Shown piece by piece: positions 1-11,309 of a stretch of 48,440 nucleotides of DNA. How positions within the stretch are numbered: the stretch's first letter is position 1; each line of letters opens with the position of its first letter. Under the pieces are notes generated by a model that did not search any database, was not told where the DNA came from, and saw only the letters and a list, made by a program, of their open reading frames with translations. The stretch is from Bacteroidia bacterium (GTDB lineage: Bacteria; Bacteroidota; Bacteroidia; 2-12-FULL-35-15), in contig JBASCV010000169.1 in assembly GCA_049651825.1 (NCBI GenBank), positions 1 to 48,440 on the forward strand, written 5' to 3'. A program made the position numbers and the translations under genes.

Positions 1-75
1 TTTGTAAGCAACTATATTATTGCGATATTATTAGTAAATTAGCGCCTTAAAACTTATTTAGGCGGAGTATTTTAT

Positions 76-1866
76 ATGGAGCACATTCGAAATTTTTGCA
101 TCATTGCACACATTGATCACGGAAAAAGCACATTAGCCGATAGGCTTTTAGAATATACCAACACGGTTAGCCAGCGCGAAATGCAAGCGCAAGTGTTGGA
201 TGATATGGATTTGGAAAAAGAGCGTGGCATTACCATCAAAAGCCATGCTATTCAGATGGATTATACCTATAATGGTAAAAAATACGTGTTGAATTTGATT
301 GACACACCCGGCCACGTTGATTTTTCGTACGAAGTTTCTCGTTCCATTGCTGCTTGTGAAGGTGCTTTACTTATTGTGGATGCTGCGCAAGGTATTCAGG
401 CTCAGACTATTTCCAATCTATATTTAGCCTTGGGTAACGATTTAGAAATTGTACCTGTATTAAATAAAATAGATCTACCTAGTGCCGAGCCCGAAGTTGT
501 AAAAGACCAAATAGTTGATTTAATTGGCTGTAAACGTGAAGAAATTATACCCGCATCTGGTAAAACAGGTATGGGGGTGCATGATATTTTAGCAGCTATT
601 GTTGAGCGTATTCCTCCTCCAAAGGGCGACCCCAACAAACCGTTACAAGCCCTGATTTTTGACTCTGTTTTTAACTCGTTTAGAGGTATTATAGCCTATT
701 ACAAAATTATTAATGGTTCAATCAAAAAAGGCGAAAAAGTAAAGTTTATTGCTACTGAAAAGGAATATAATGCCGATGAAATTGGAGTTTTAAGGTTAAA
801 GCAAGAGCCTCGCAACGAAATAAAAACAGGCGATGTGGGTTATATTATATCGGGGATTAAAGATGCACGCGAAGTAAAGGTGGGCGATACCATCACAAGC
901 GTTTTAAATCCTTCGCAAGAGCCAATACTTGGTTTTGAAGATGTAAAACCAATGGTGTTTGCGGGTATTTATCCTGTTGATACTGAGGATTTTGAAGAGT
1001 TGCGCTACTCGATGGAAAAACTACAGCTAAATGATGCTTCTTTAACTTGGGAGCCAGAATCATCGGCTGCTTTGGGTTTTGGTTTCCGTTGTGGATTTTT
1101 AGGAATGCTACACATGGAAATTATCCAAGAGCGTTTGGAGCGAGAGTTTAATATGACGGTTATTACAACTGTTCCCAATGTATCGTACCATGCTTATACA
1201 ACAAACGGTGAAATGATTGTTGTAAACAATCCGAGCGATTTGCCAGACCCAGCGCGTTTGGATAGGGTAGAGGAGCCTTATATTAAAGCGCAAGTAATTA
1301 CAAAGGCCGAGTTTGTTGGTAACATTATGACTTTGTGTATAAGCAAACGAGGCATACTTACCAATCAGGTGTATTTAACTACCGACCGTGTAGAGCTTAT
1401 GTTTGATATGCCTTTGGGTGAAATTGTATTTGATTTTTACGATCGTTTAAAAACCATCTCTAAAGGCTATGCTTCATTTGACTATCAGCCAGTAGATTAC
1501 AGACCAAGCGCATTAATAAAATTGGATATTTTATTAAATTCAGAACCAGTAGATGCTTTGTCGTCCTTAATTCATAGAGATAACGCTTATGAATTTGGAA
1601 AGAAAATGTGCGAAAAACTGAAAGAGCTAATTCCTCGTCAACAATTTGAAATACCGATACAGGCTGCTATTGGGGCAAAAATTATTGCTCGTGAAACGAT
1701 AAAGGCTATGCGTAAAGACGTAACAGCTAAGTGTTATGGAGGCGATATTTCTCGTAAACGTAAGTTGTTGGAAAAACAGAAAGAGGGTAAAAAACGTATG
1801 CGTGCGGTTGGTAATGTAGAAATTCCACAAAGTGCGTTTATGGCGGTGCTGAAGCTGAATGATTAA
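76..1866 (+). CDS. lepA: Translation elongation factor 4 (LepA) GTPase
   Basis: 596-aa ORF with GTPase motifs AHIDHGKST (G1), DTPGH (G3) and NKID (G4), plus a LepA-type C-terminal domain. Length is typical of the family. Confidence 0.97.
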   Translation: MEHIRNFCIIAHIDHGKSTLADRLLEYTNTVSQREMQAQVLDDMDLEKERGITIKSHAIQMDYTYNGKKYVLNLIDTPGHVDFSYEVSRSIAACEGALLIVDAAQGIQAQTISNLYLALGNDLEIVPVLNKIDLPSAEPEVVKDQIVDLIGCKREEIIPASGKTGMGVHDILAAIVERIPPPKGDPNKPLQALIFDSVFNSFRGIIAYYKIINGSIKKGEKVKFIATEKEYNADEIGVLRLKQEPRNEIKTGDVGYIISGIKDAREVKVGDTITSVLNPSQEPILGFEDVKPMVFAGIYPVDTEDFEELRYSMEKLQLNDASLTWEPESSAALGFGFRCGFLGMLHMEIIQERLEREFNMTVITTVPNVSYHAYTTNGEMIVVNNPSDLPDPARLDRVEEPYIKAQVITKAEFVGNIMTLCISKRGILTNQVYLTTDRVELMFDMPLGEIVFDFYDRLKTISKGYASFDYQPVDYRPSALIKLDILLNSEPVDALSSLIHRDNAYEFGKKMCEKLKELIPRQQFEIPIQAAIGAKIIARETIKAMRKDVTAKCYGGDISRKRKLLEKQKEGKKRMRAVGNVEIPQSAFMAVLKLND

Positions 1867-1888
1867 AGAATAAAATTGAATAAAAACA

Positions 1889-1919
1889 AAAATAGGGGGA
1901 TTAAAAATCCCCCTATTTT
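1889..1919. terminator. Bidirectional intrinsic terminator between convergent lepA and gap
   Basis: About 13-bp stem AAAATAGGGGGAT / ATCCCCCTATTTT with a short A-rich loop. T-runs follow on both strands. Confidence 0.65.
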
Positions 1920-1949
1920 GTTTAAAAACGTTTTAGAGTTTTCTGTTTA

Positions 1950-2972
<1,023 letters not shown>

Positions 2973-3001
2973 TCAAAAAAATTGATTTTAAACAAATCAA
3001 A

Positions 3002-3364
3002 TCACAACAAGGGATAAAAAGCATCTTCAATATGATTTATTTTCATTTCTTGTTCGTTCATAACGATAGAAATAATGTCGAAACGAGCCTCTAAATCGAG
3101 GCTGTTTCGAATAATGTATTCATTGGCTGTTTTTATAAGGTTTTTTTGTTTTTGTTTATTTACAAAGGTTTCGGGTTCACCAAAATAATTACTTTTTCGT
3201 GTTTTTACCTCTGCCACAATCAGTGTTTTGTTTATTGATGCAATAATATCGGCTTCTAAATTTTTAAAGCGCCAATTGGTTTCTAGTATTGTATATCCTT
3301 TTTTTTCGAGATAATTTGCGGCAATTTGTTCTCCTTTTGTGCCCGTTTCGTTGTGTGTGGCCAT
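3002..3364 (-). CDS. YraN/UPF0102 family endonuclease-like protein
   Basis: 120 aa. The pattern GEQIAANYLEKKGYTILETNWR...EADIIA...LIVAEVKTR is typical of UPF0102 (PD-(D/E)xK-like). Confidence 0.8.
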   Translation of the reverse strand: MATHNETGTKGEQIAANYLEKKGYTILETNWRFKNLEADIIASINKTLIVAEVKTRKSNYFGEPETFVNKQKQKNLIKTANEYIIRNSLDLEARFDIISIVMNEQEMKINHIEDAFYPLL

Positions 3365-3504
3365 GCTTTTAGTGTTGTATAAATATAGTACAAAACAATT
3401 AAATGCGGGTAGAATGTTTCATAAAACGTTCTTTTTGTTAATTACAGTCTTTTGAAACTCTCTTTTTTGTTTATATTTGTACTTACAAATTAATACTTTA
3501 CAAA

Positions 3505-3705
3505 ATGTTAAACAGTGTTTTAATCGGATTTTTAGGCTTAGGCGGAACCGAATTAGTGGTTATTTTAGTGGTTGTTCTTTTGCTATTTGGAGGTAAAAAA
3601 ATACCAGAATTAATGAAAGGCTTAGGTAGAGGAATAAAAGATTTTAAAGATGCTTCTAAAGGTGTTGAAAGCGATGGTGCCGCAGCCCCAGATAAGAAGG
3701 ACTAA
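3505..3705 (+). CDS. tatA: Twin-arginine translocase subunit TatA/E
   Basis: 66 aa with one N-terminal TM helix followed by the amphipathic [21 protein letters not shown] segment. Confidence 0.85.
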   Translation: MLNSVLIGFLGLGGTELVVILVVVLLLFGGKKIPELMKGLGRGIKDFKDASKGVESDGAAAPDKKD

Positions 3706-3726
3706 TTAAAATAAAAAATAGCTTAT

Positions 3727-3780
3727 ACGAATTTACAAAACAGCGAGTTGATGAACCTGTTTTGTAAATTCGTTTTTGTT
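3727..3780 (+). terminator. Intrinsic terminator after tatA
   Basis: Perfect 17-bp stem ACGAATTTACAAAACAG / CTGTTTTGTAAATTCGT (3727-3743 / 3757-3773) with a 13-nt loop, followed by TTTTGTTT. Confidence 0.7.
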
Positions 3781-3865
3781 TATTGACATTTAGTAGTTGT
3801 TTTTTCGTTGATACTTAAATAATGATAAAACAACATATTTTATTATTTGAATCTTTTCTACAACA

Positions 3866-5317
3866 ATGAAAACATATAACTCGCTTCGTGAAGTACAAGC
3901 CGATTTGGCTATTGATAAAACATCGTGTTTAACGCTTACGCAAGAATATATCTCGCGTATTAATAGCAATTGGAGTTTGAATGCTTTTGTTGAGGTGTTT
4001 GAAGCATCGGCCATAGCAAAGGCAAAAGAGGTAGATGAAAAGTTAAAATCAAAAACAGCAGGAAAACTAGCGGGTTTGGTAATCGCAATTAAAGATAATA
4101 TATGCTATAAGGGGCACAAGGTTTCGGCCGCCTCTAAAATTTTAGATGGTTTTGAATCGTTGTTTAGTGCAACTGTTGTAGAACGTTTATTGGCTGCAGA
4201 TGCGATTATTATTGGCCGTTGCAATTGTGATGAATTTGCCATGGGTAGTTCTAATGAAAATTCTGCTCTTGGAAAAGTGTTGAATCCATTAGATATTAAA
4301 CGAGTTCCGGGTGGTTCGTCTGGCGGTTCGGCAGCAGCAGTTGTTGCTAATTTGTGTTTAGCGGCATTGGGTACAGATACAGGCGGCTCTATCCGTCAGC
4401 CAGCATCGTTTTGTGGTGTTGTTGGCTTAAAGCCAACGTATGCAAGGGTTTCGCGTCACGGAGCTATTGCTTATGCATCATCGTTTGACCAAATTGGGCC
4501 CATAACAAAAAGTGTAGAGGATGCTGCTTTGATTATGGAAGTAATTGCTGGAAAAGATAATTATGATAGTACAGCTTCATCTACAGAAGTGGCAAGCTAT
4601 TCAGAGGCTCTAAAAGAGACCACAAAAAAATATAGAGTTGCTTATTTGAAAGATTGCATAGAAACAGAGGGTTTGGATAGTGAAATAAAAAAACAAATGT
4701 TTGCTTTAATAGAGCAATTAAGGCAAGATGGACATACTGTTGAAGCGGTTGACTTTCCGTACTTAGATTATTTGGTTCCAACCTATTATGTTTTAACTAC
4801 GGCAGAAGCCTCATCTAATTTAGCTCGTTATGCAGGAGTTACTTATGGTTTTAGAAGTGCTAATTTAGTTGCTAACAATGATGGCGGATCAACTTTAGAG
4901 GCGGTTTATAAAAAAACACGTACCGAAGGTTTTGGGGCTGAAGTAAAACGAAGAATTATGCTTGGCACTTTTGTTTTAAGTTCGGGCTATTACGATGCAT
5001 ATTACTCGAAAGCGCAGCGTGTAAGAAGATTATTGAAAGATAAAACCAACGAAATTTTAGAAAATTTTGATTTTATTTTGTTGCCAACAACGCCAGGAAC
5101 AGCTTTTGAATTTGGTAAAAAAAGTGCCGACCCGATAGCAATGTATCTCGAAGATATTTTTACTGTACAGGCTAATATTACTGGTGTTCCGGCAATATCG
5201 CTTCCAATTGGGAAACATTCTAACGGGTTACCTTTTGGTGTTCAGCTAATGGCAAAAAACTTTGCAGAAGCCGATTTGCTTGCTATTTCTAATCAATTGA
5301 TGGCTAAAAATAATTAG
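3866..5317 (+). CDS. gatA: Asp-tRNA(Asn)/Glu-tRNA(Gln) amidotransferase subunit A
   Basis: 483 aa carrying the amidase signature GGSSGGSAAAV and GTDTGGSIRQPASFCG. Confidence 0.93.
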   Translation: MKTYNSLREVQADLAIDKTSCLTLTQEYISRINSNWSLNAFVEVFEASAIAKAKEVDEKLKSKTAGKLAGLVIAIKDNICYKGHKVSAASKILDGFESLFSATVVERLLAADAIIIGRCNCDEFAMGSSNENSALGKVLNPLDIKRVPGGSSGGSAAAVVANLCLAALGTDTGGSIRQPASFCGVVGLKPTYARVSRHGAIAYASSFDQIGPITKSVEDAALIMEVIAGKDNYDSTASSTEVASYSEALKETTKKYRVAYLKDCIETEGLDSEIKKQMFALIEQLRQDGHTVEAVDFPYLDYLVPTYYVLTTAEASSNLARYAGVTYGFRSANLVANNDGGSTLEAVYKKTRTEGFGAEVKRRIMLGTFVLSSGYYDAYYSKAQRVRRLLKDKTNEILENFDFILLPTTPGTAFEFGKKSADPIAMYLEDIFTVQANITGVPAISLPIGKHSNGLPFGVQLMAKNFAEADLLAISNQLMAKNN

Positions 5318-5415
5318 AAACGAAAATAGGAAAGCGAGAACATTAATAATCGGAGTTGGATTATAAACAAAACAAAAAACGTATAATCAAGTTAATCTAT
5401 TTTATTTTTCGTATT

Positions 5416-5440
5416 CGACCCTTTTAGGGTCGTTTATTTA
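5416..5440 (+). terminator. Intrinsic terminator after gatA
   Basis: Stem CGACCC / GGGTCG with loop TTTTA, followed by TTTATTTAT. Confidence 0.6.
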
Positions 5441-5511
5441 TAACGGTATCGTAATTTCTATTCATATTTGACTCCTTCGGAGTCGAGCTAAAATTGAACT
5501 TTGGTTAATAG

Positions 5512-5925
5512 CTATTTAACACTCGTATCCAATATACTTATCACCACTTCGCTTTGGTTGTCGGAAACCGAAAGTAGTGTTACTTTAAAGTGTCTCCAGT
5601 TTATGCTTGCAGATTTTTGAGTTACGCCCATGTAAATGATGAGTTCTTCTAAATAATCTTTTGCAACAGCTTCAAAAAAGTAAACACCAGTAGTTGCTGC
5701 AAATGGTTCGTTGGGCGATGATGACGAGTTTTCGTGACTATAGCGCATATAGCCCAATTTTACCTGTTCGTTTAAAGCCGCTTTGCGTTCGCCAACTCTT
5801 AATGTTAGTGTGTCGCAGTTTTTTGTTGTTTTTATTTCTACTACAGCATTTTCTTGTGCAGGGGCTTGTTGTGCTCTACAAAGTATAAATAAACCGAATA
5901 AGGTGTAAAAAAATAGTTTTTTCAT
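5512..5925 (-). CDS. Hypothetical secreted protein
   Basis: The ORF-track start at 5973 is trimmed to the internal ATG at 5925, which gives a clean signal peptide MKKLFFYTLFGLFILCRAQQ. No recognisable family. Confidence 0.5.
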   Translation of the reverse strand: MKKLFFYTLFGLFILCRAQQAPAQENAVVEIKTTKNCDTLTLRVGERKAALNEQVKLGYMRYSHENSSSSPNEPFAATTGVYFFEAVAKDYLEELIIYMGVTQKSASINWRHFKVTLLSVSDNQSEVVISILDTSVK

Positions 5926-5998
5926 AAAATTTATATTGTAACAAAAATGCCTTGTTGAATTCCAACAAGGCATTTTTATTGACTTTTATAATGGTTAG

Positions 5999-6763
5999 TT
6001 ATGCTTTTGCTAATTGTCCGGTTAATATTTCTGCATCCACTAAAATTCTTCCGCAATGCTCACATACGATAATTTTTTTGTGTGTACGAATATCTAACTG
6101 ACGTTGAGGAGGAATTTTATTGAAACATCCACCACAAGCATCACGCTCAACAGTAACAACACCTAAGCCGTTCATTACATTTGCACGAATACGTTTGTAA
6201 GCATTCAATAAACGTTCTTCAATAACAGCTTCTGATGCAGCAGATTTTTTTATCAATGCTGTTTCTTCTTTTTCTGTTTCGGCAACTATTTCTTCAAGCT
6301 CTTTTCTTTTGATTGTTAAATCTTTCTTACGGCTTTCAAGCTCTTCTGCTGATTCGTCAGCAATTGCTTTTTTAGCAAGTATGTTTGCTTTATATTCTTT
6401 AATGCGTTTTTCAGCCAATTGAATTTCCAAATTTTGGAATTCAATTTCTTTGGTGATAGAATCGTACTCACGGTTGTTACGTACTTTTCCTTGTTGAGTT
6501 TCGTATTTTTTGATTAATGCTTGCGCATCTTTCATTATGTTTTTTTTCTCGGTAATAGAGTCTTCCAGTGCCGTTAGTTCTTGTGTATAGTTTGCTATAC
6601 GCGTTTCTAAACCAGCAACCATATCTTCCAAATCTCTAACTTCTAAAGGCAATTCACCTCTAACGATTCTGATTTTATCAATTTTTGAGTCAATTTGCTG
6701 TAATTCATACAATGCTCTTAACTTTTCCTCTACCGAAATTTCGTCAGTTTTAGTTTTCGACAT
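5999..6763 (-). CDS. Coiled-coil protein with C-terminal C4 zinc ribbon (COG1579-like)
   Basis: 254 aa with long heptad-rich helices and a terminal CGGC...x17...CEHC motif. It lies immediately downstream of the Nif3 gene, the usual conserved pairing. Confidence 0.8.
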   Translation of the reverse strand: MSKTKTDEISVEEKLRALYELQQIDSKIDKIRIVRGELPLEVRDLEDMVAGLETRIANYTQELTALEDSITEKKNIMKDAQALIKKYETQQGKVRNNREYDSITKEIEFQNLEIQLAEKRIKEYKANILAKKAIADESAEELESRKKDLTIKRKELEEIVAETEKEETALIKKSAASEAVIEERLLNAYKRIRANVMNGLGVVTVERDACGGCFNKIPPQRQLDIRTHKKIIVCEHCGRILVDAEILTGQLAKA

Positions 6764-6765
6764 CT

Positions 6766-7860
6766 TTATAAATAGTTTATTGGATTTGTATTAATAGTTG
6801 ATATAAGGAATACAAAAGTAGTAAATTTTTTATTCAAAACCTCATAAAATAATTCCTTTGTAAACTGTTCGCTCTCATAATGGCCAATATCGGCTATTAC
6901 AATGCGGTTTTCGGCATCAAAAAACTGATGATATTTATAATCGGCCGTTATAAACACATCTGCTTGATTTCCAATAGCATCTTTCAACAAAAAGCTACCC
7001 GAACCACCACAAATTGCTACTTTTTTCACTTTTTTGCCAAGTGGAGCTGTATAACGCACACAACTTGCTTGCATTGAACGCTTTACGTGTTTTAAAAAAT
7101 CGATTTCATCTTGTTCCTCGGCTAATTCTCCAATAATTCCTGCTCCCACTTGTGAATTACTGTTGCTGAGGCTTATAAGGTCGTAGGCAACTTCCTCGTA
7201 TGGATGGCTAGCAAAAAGCGCTCTTAAAACCTGTGATTCAATGTGTTGTGGGTAAATAGTTTCTATTTTTACTTCGTTTTCTTGATGCTGCACTCCTTTT
7301 TCACCCACAAAAGCGTTTGTATTATTTCCAGCCTTAAATGTACCCATACCTGTGCTATTAAAGCTACATTCGTCATAATTACCAATGGCTCCGCAGCCAG
7401 CAGCAAAAAGTGCATTGCGAACTGTATCTGCCTGTTTTTCAGGACAAAAGGCAATTAGTTTTTTCAATCCTCCTTTTTGAGGAACCAATATTTTGCAGTT
7501 AACCAATCCCAGTTTTTCGGCAATTTTAGCATTTACACCATTGTGTACATTGTCCAAATTGGTATGAGCCGAATAAATGGCAATATTATTTTTAATGGCT
7601 TTTATCAATACTCGCTCAATGTAATTTTTACCGTTCAGCTTTTTTATTCCCGAAAACACAATGGGGTGGTGTGCAATTATCAAATTACAACCCAAAGTAA
7701 TTGCTTCGTCAACCACGGCTTCGGTGCTATCTAAACAAATAAGCGCTTTTGTAAGCTCCATATCGGCCGAACCACAAATTAAACCCGCATTATCATAGCT
7801 TTCTTGATAGGCTAATGGAGCGTACTGTTCGAGGTAATTGGTAATGTCTTTAACTTTCAT
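6766..7860 (-). CDS. Nif3-like dinuclear metal centre protein (GTP cyclohydrolase 1 type 2 homologue)
   Basis: 364 aa with motifs IIAHHPIVF, SAHTNLD and DIGHYESE, plus the inserted middle domain typical of long Nif3 proteins. Confidence 0.88.
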   Translation of the reverse strand: MKVKDITNYLEQYAPLAYQESYDNAGLICGSADMELTKALICLDSTEAVVDEAITLGCNLIIAHHPIVFSGIKKLNGKNYIERVLIKAIKNNIAIYSAHTNLDNVHNGVNAKIAEKLGLVNCKILVPQKGGLKKLIAFCPEKQADTVRNALFAAGCGAIGNYDECSFNSTGMGTFKAGNNTNAFVGEKGVQHQENEVKIETIYPQHIESQVLRALFASHPYEEVAYDLISLSNSNSQVGAGIIGELAEEQDEIDFLKHVKRSMQASCVRYTAPLGKKVKKVAICGGSGSFLLKDAIGNQADVFITADYKYHQFFDAENRIVIADIGHYESEQFTKELFYEVLNKKFTTFVFLISTINTNPINYL

Positions 7861-8039
7861 TGGTAAATATCAATTTATAATCTACTAAGGTACAAAATGC
7901 AAATAAGCTTATGTGTTAATTTCGTCTATAAATTATGCTCATTCGTAATAAAAATATAGAAATAAATTAAAAATAACACTATTTAAACACCAACTTCATT
8001 ATAGATTCATAAATTTACAGTTGTTTAATTAATTTTACC

Positions 8040-8528
8040 TTGGGAAAACATACTCTTAAAATAGAATATGATTTTGATTTTGTGTTGATTGGCATCTCTT
8101 CTCACGAAAAAGATTATAGATTGTGTTGGGCTATCAATAAAGCATTAGAGATTGATTTAATAAAAATAGATTCACTGGAAATCAAACAGAAAAAAGACAA
8201 TGAATCCTCTTTTTTTTCTTTGTTTCATTTTGAAAACCCTGATGAGTTTAAAGAGTATTTTATTGTTTCTAACTTAAGCGAAGACAAACAATTTGTAAGC
8301 AAAAACCTTACTCTTTTCAATAAACAGCCTCAAGGTGCTCAATCTGCCGAAAATGGAGTATTGATTCCTGAGCAAAAACAAATGAATTATTTTTTCATCA
8401 TTAGAGGAGAGCTAGATGATGTGGATGTAAATGAATATATAAAAAAGATAAAAAAAATTGACTTTGTTTTAACTGCTCTAGAAATAGATGCTGCTGCTTT
8501 AAAGTCGAAATCAAATTTGGTGTTTTAA
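8040..8528 (+). CDS. IPExxxVDY-family protein (function unknown)
   Basis: 162 aa with a TTG start. It shows N-terminal DFDFVLIGISSHEKDYRLCWAIN and the family-like IPEQKQMNY motif. It sits directly upstream of pyk. Family assignment is from memory. Confidence 0.6.
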   Translation: MGKHTLKIEYDFDFVLIGISSHEKDYRLCWAINKALEIDLIKIDSLEIKQKKDNESSFFSLFHFENPDEFKEYFIVSNLSEDKQFVSKNLTLFNKQPQGAQSAENGVLIPEQKQMNYFFIIRGELDDVDVNEYIKKIKKIDFVLTALEIDAAALKSKSNLVF

Positions 8529-8544
8529 TGTAAATAAGAATAAA

Positions 8545-9978
8545 ATGAAAAGAACAAAAATTGTAGTAACCTTAGGGCCAGCATCTTCATCGTTTGAAGT
8601 AATTGAAAAAATGGTATTGGCTGGTGCCGATGTTTGTCGCATTAATTTTTCGCATGGCTCCTACGAAAATGTTTTAGAACAAATAAATAACATTCGTGAA
8701 GTAAATAAAAAGCTAGATGCACATACAGCCATATTAGCAGATTTACAAGGGCCTAAATTACGTATTGGTGTAGTAGAAAATAATGGTGTAGAGCTCGTAT
8801 CGGGAAACGAAATTACCATTACAACAGAAGAGTGTGCAGGAACAGCCGAACGTATTTATATTACCTATCCTCAGTTTCCGAAAGATGTAAAAGTAGGTGA
8901 AAGCATATTGATTGACGATGGCAAATTGGTTTTAAAAGTTGTTGCTACCAATGGAACAAATGAAGTAAAAGCAATTGTTAGTCATGGGGGAATTTTATCT
9001 TCAAAAAAAGGCGTGAATTTACCAAACACTAAAATCTCCTTGCCTTGCCTTACTCCAAAAGATATTAAAGATTTAGAATTTGCTTTGGCGCAAAACATTG
9101 ATTGGATAGGCCTTTCCTTTGTTCGTTCAGCAGCCGATATTATTGAGTTAAAGCACTTGATTCAAAATTTTGTTCATGGCTCAAAAGCTAAAGTTGTAGC
9201 AAAAATAGAAAAGCCCGAAGCGATTTTAGAAATAGATAATATCATTAAAGAAACCGATGCAATTATGGTTGCCCGTGGCGATTTAGGCGTTGAAGTACCA
9301 ATGCAAGAAGTGCCCATTATTCAAAAAATGTTGGTGCGAAAATGTTTAGAGCAAAGCAAACCTGTAATTATTGCAACCCAAATGATGGAAAGCATGATTA
9401 CCAACATAAGTCCTACAAGAGCCGAAGTGAGTGATGTTGCAAATAGCGTTATGGACGGTGCTGATGCCGTTATGTTAAGCGGTGAAACATCCGTTGGCAA
9501 TCACCCCGAAAAAGTAGTAGAAGCAATGACAAAAATTATTGAACACGTAGAGGAAGAAAGCATCATTTACAACCGCGATAATGCCGCACCAGAACTTAAC
9601 ATCTACAACGACCGCTTTATATCGGATTCTATTTGCTACACTGCCGCAAAAATGGCACAACGTACCAAGGCCGAAGCAATTATTACAATGACGCACTCTG
9701 GTTACACGGCATTTAAGTTGTCGAGTCATCGCCCCAAGGCTTATATATATGTGTTTACAGACAATCACCACATTCTTACAACACTAAATTTGGTATGGGG
9801 CGTAAAAGGTTTTTATTACGATAAAAACATTAGCACCGACCACACAATTGCTGATATTAAATTCATTTTAAAGAAAAACGGATACGTAAAACCACACGAT
9901 TTAATCATCAATATTGCTAGTGTTCCGTTGAGTGAAAAAGGAAAATCAAACATGGTAAAACTAAGTGAAGTAGAGTAG
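8545..9978 (+). CDS. pyk: Pyruvate kinase
   Basis: 477 aa with TKIVVTLGPAS, NFSHG and MVARGDLGVE motifs and a C-terminal regulatory domain. Confidence 0.95.
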   Translation: MKRTKIVVTLGPASSSFEVIEKMVLAGADVCRINFSHGSYENVLEQINNIREVNKKLDAHTAILADLQGPKLRIGVVENNGVELVSGNEITITTEECAGTAERIYITYPQFPKDVKVGESILIDDGKLVLKVVATNGTNEVKAIVSHGGILSSKKGVNLPNTKISLPCLTPKDIKDLEFALAQNIDWIGLSFVRSAADIIELKHLIQNFVHGSKAKVVAKIEKPEAILEIDNIIKETDAIMVARGDLGVEVPMQEVPIIQKMLVRKCLEQSKPVIIATQMMESMITNISPTRAEVSDVANSVMDGADAVMLSGETSVGNHPEKVVEAMTKIIEHVEEESIIYNRDNAAPELNIYNDRFISDSICYTAAKMAQRTKAEAIITMTHSGYTAFKLSSHRPKAYIYVFTDNHHILTTLNLVWGVKGFYYDKNISTDHTIADIKFILKKNGYVKPHDLIINIASVPLSEKGKSNMVKLSEVE

Positions 9979-10017
9979 TTTAAAAATATTCGTTTTATAA
10001 ATAAATATTGATTAAAA

Positions 10018-10368
10018 ATGAAAAAAATATATTACCTAAGCTCTTGCTCCACATGTACAAGAATTATTTCGAAGTTGGGCATCAGCCCTAAAACCTTTAC
10101 TTTTCAGGATATTAAAACCGAAAAAATTACCGAAGCTCAACTTGATGAAATGAAAAAAATGGCTGGTAGTTACGAAGCCTTGTTTAGCAGAGTAGCGATG
10201 AAATACAGAGCTTTAGGCCTGGATAAACAAACATTGCAAGAAAACGATTACAAAAAATACATTCTTGAGGAATACACTTTTTTAAAGCGTCCAGTAATTA
10301 TAATTGGTAAAAATATTTTTATTGGAAATTCTAAAAAAACGGTTGCTGAAGCAAAAGCAGCGCTTTAA
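10018..10368 (+). CDS. ArsC/Spx/MgsR-family (arsenate-reductase-like thioredoxin fold) protein
   Basis: 116 aa with an N-terminal YYLSSCSTC (CxxC-like) motif and family-typical length. Confidence 0.8.
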   Translation: MKKIYYLSSCSTCTRIISKLGISPKTFTFQDIKTEKITEAQLDEMKKMAGSYEALFSRVAMKYRALGLDKQTLQENDYKKYILEEYTFLKRPVIIIGKNIFIGNSKKTVAEAKAAL

Positions 10369-10386
10369 CTTTTTTCAATTTATTTT

Positions 10387-11298
10387 GTGAGTATGAGTAA
10401 GGTGTTGAGAGCCCATCTAGCATTGTTAATTGTGAACATTATTTATGGAGCCAATTATTCAATTGCTAAAGAGGTGATGCCATTGTATATTCAGCCCTTT
10501 GCTTTTGTTGTGATGCGAGTTGTGGGTGCCACTATTTTATTTTGGATAGTAGGTACATTATTTATTAGAGAAAAAATAGATAAAAAAGATTTGCCAAAAC
10601 TTGCGCTACTTGCCGTTTTTGGTGTTGCTGGTAATCAACTCTTTTTTTTAAAAGGATTAAGCTTAACTACACCCATAAACGCTTCTATCATTATGGTTTC
10701 CAATCCTATTGTAGTTATGATTGTGGCGGCAATAGTTTTAAAAGAAAAAATTTCGTTATTAAAAATCATTGGAATTGTAATTGGTGTTTCTGGGGCATTA
10801 TTTCTGTTATTGTTTAACAAACAATTTAGCTTTGGTTCGGAAACAATGGTTGGCGATTCGTTAATTTTTTTAAACTCTCTTTTTTGGGCAGCTTACATTA
10901 TCCTTGTAAAACCCTTAATGAATAAGTACAATACACTTACAATTGTAAAATGGGTGTTTTTGTTTGGTTGCTTCTATGTTATTCCGTTCGGTTACAAAGA
11001 TTTTGAGACCATTAATTGGCAATCAATTCCTCCGCATATTTGGTGGAACATTGCTTTTGTTGTGTTGATAACCACATTTGTTGCCTACTTGTTAAATACC
11101 TATGCATTAAAAGCTTTAAGTCCTTCTGTTGTTAGCATTTACATTTATCTTCAGCCTTTTTTAACAACACTCATCGCTATTTTTTATTATAACAACGATG
11201 AGTTAGATGTACGAAAAATAGTATCTGGTTTACTTATAATTTTAGGCGTTTATTTAGTAAGCAAAACCAAACACAAAAAGGTGGTAAAAAAGGTATAG
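10387..11298 (+). CDS. EamA/DMT-family transporter
   Basis: 303 aa with about 10 predicted TM helices in two EamA-like halves. The track start is GTG at 10387, and ATG at 10393 is an alternative. Confidence 0.85.
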   Translation: MSMSKVLRAHLALLIVNIIYGANYSIAKEVMPLYIQPFAFVVMRVVGATILFWIVGTLFIREKIDKKDLPKLALLAVFGVAGNQLFFLKGLSLTTPINASIIMVSNPIVVMIVAAIVLKEKISLLKIIGIVIGVSGALFLLLFNKQFSFGSETMVGDSLIFLNSLFWAAYIILVKPLMNKYNTLTIVKWVFLFGCFYVIPFGYKDFETINWQSIPPHIWWNIAFVVLITTFVAYLLNTYALKALSPSVVSIYIYLQPFLTTLIAIFYYNNDELDVRKIVSGLLIILGVYLVSKTKHKKVVKKV

Positions 11299-11309
11299 GA
11301 GTGAAGTGT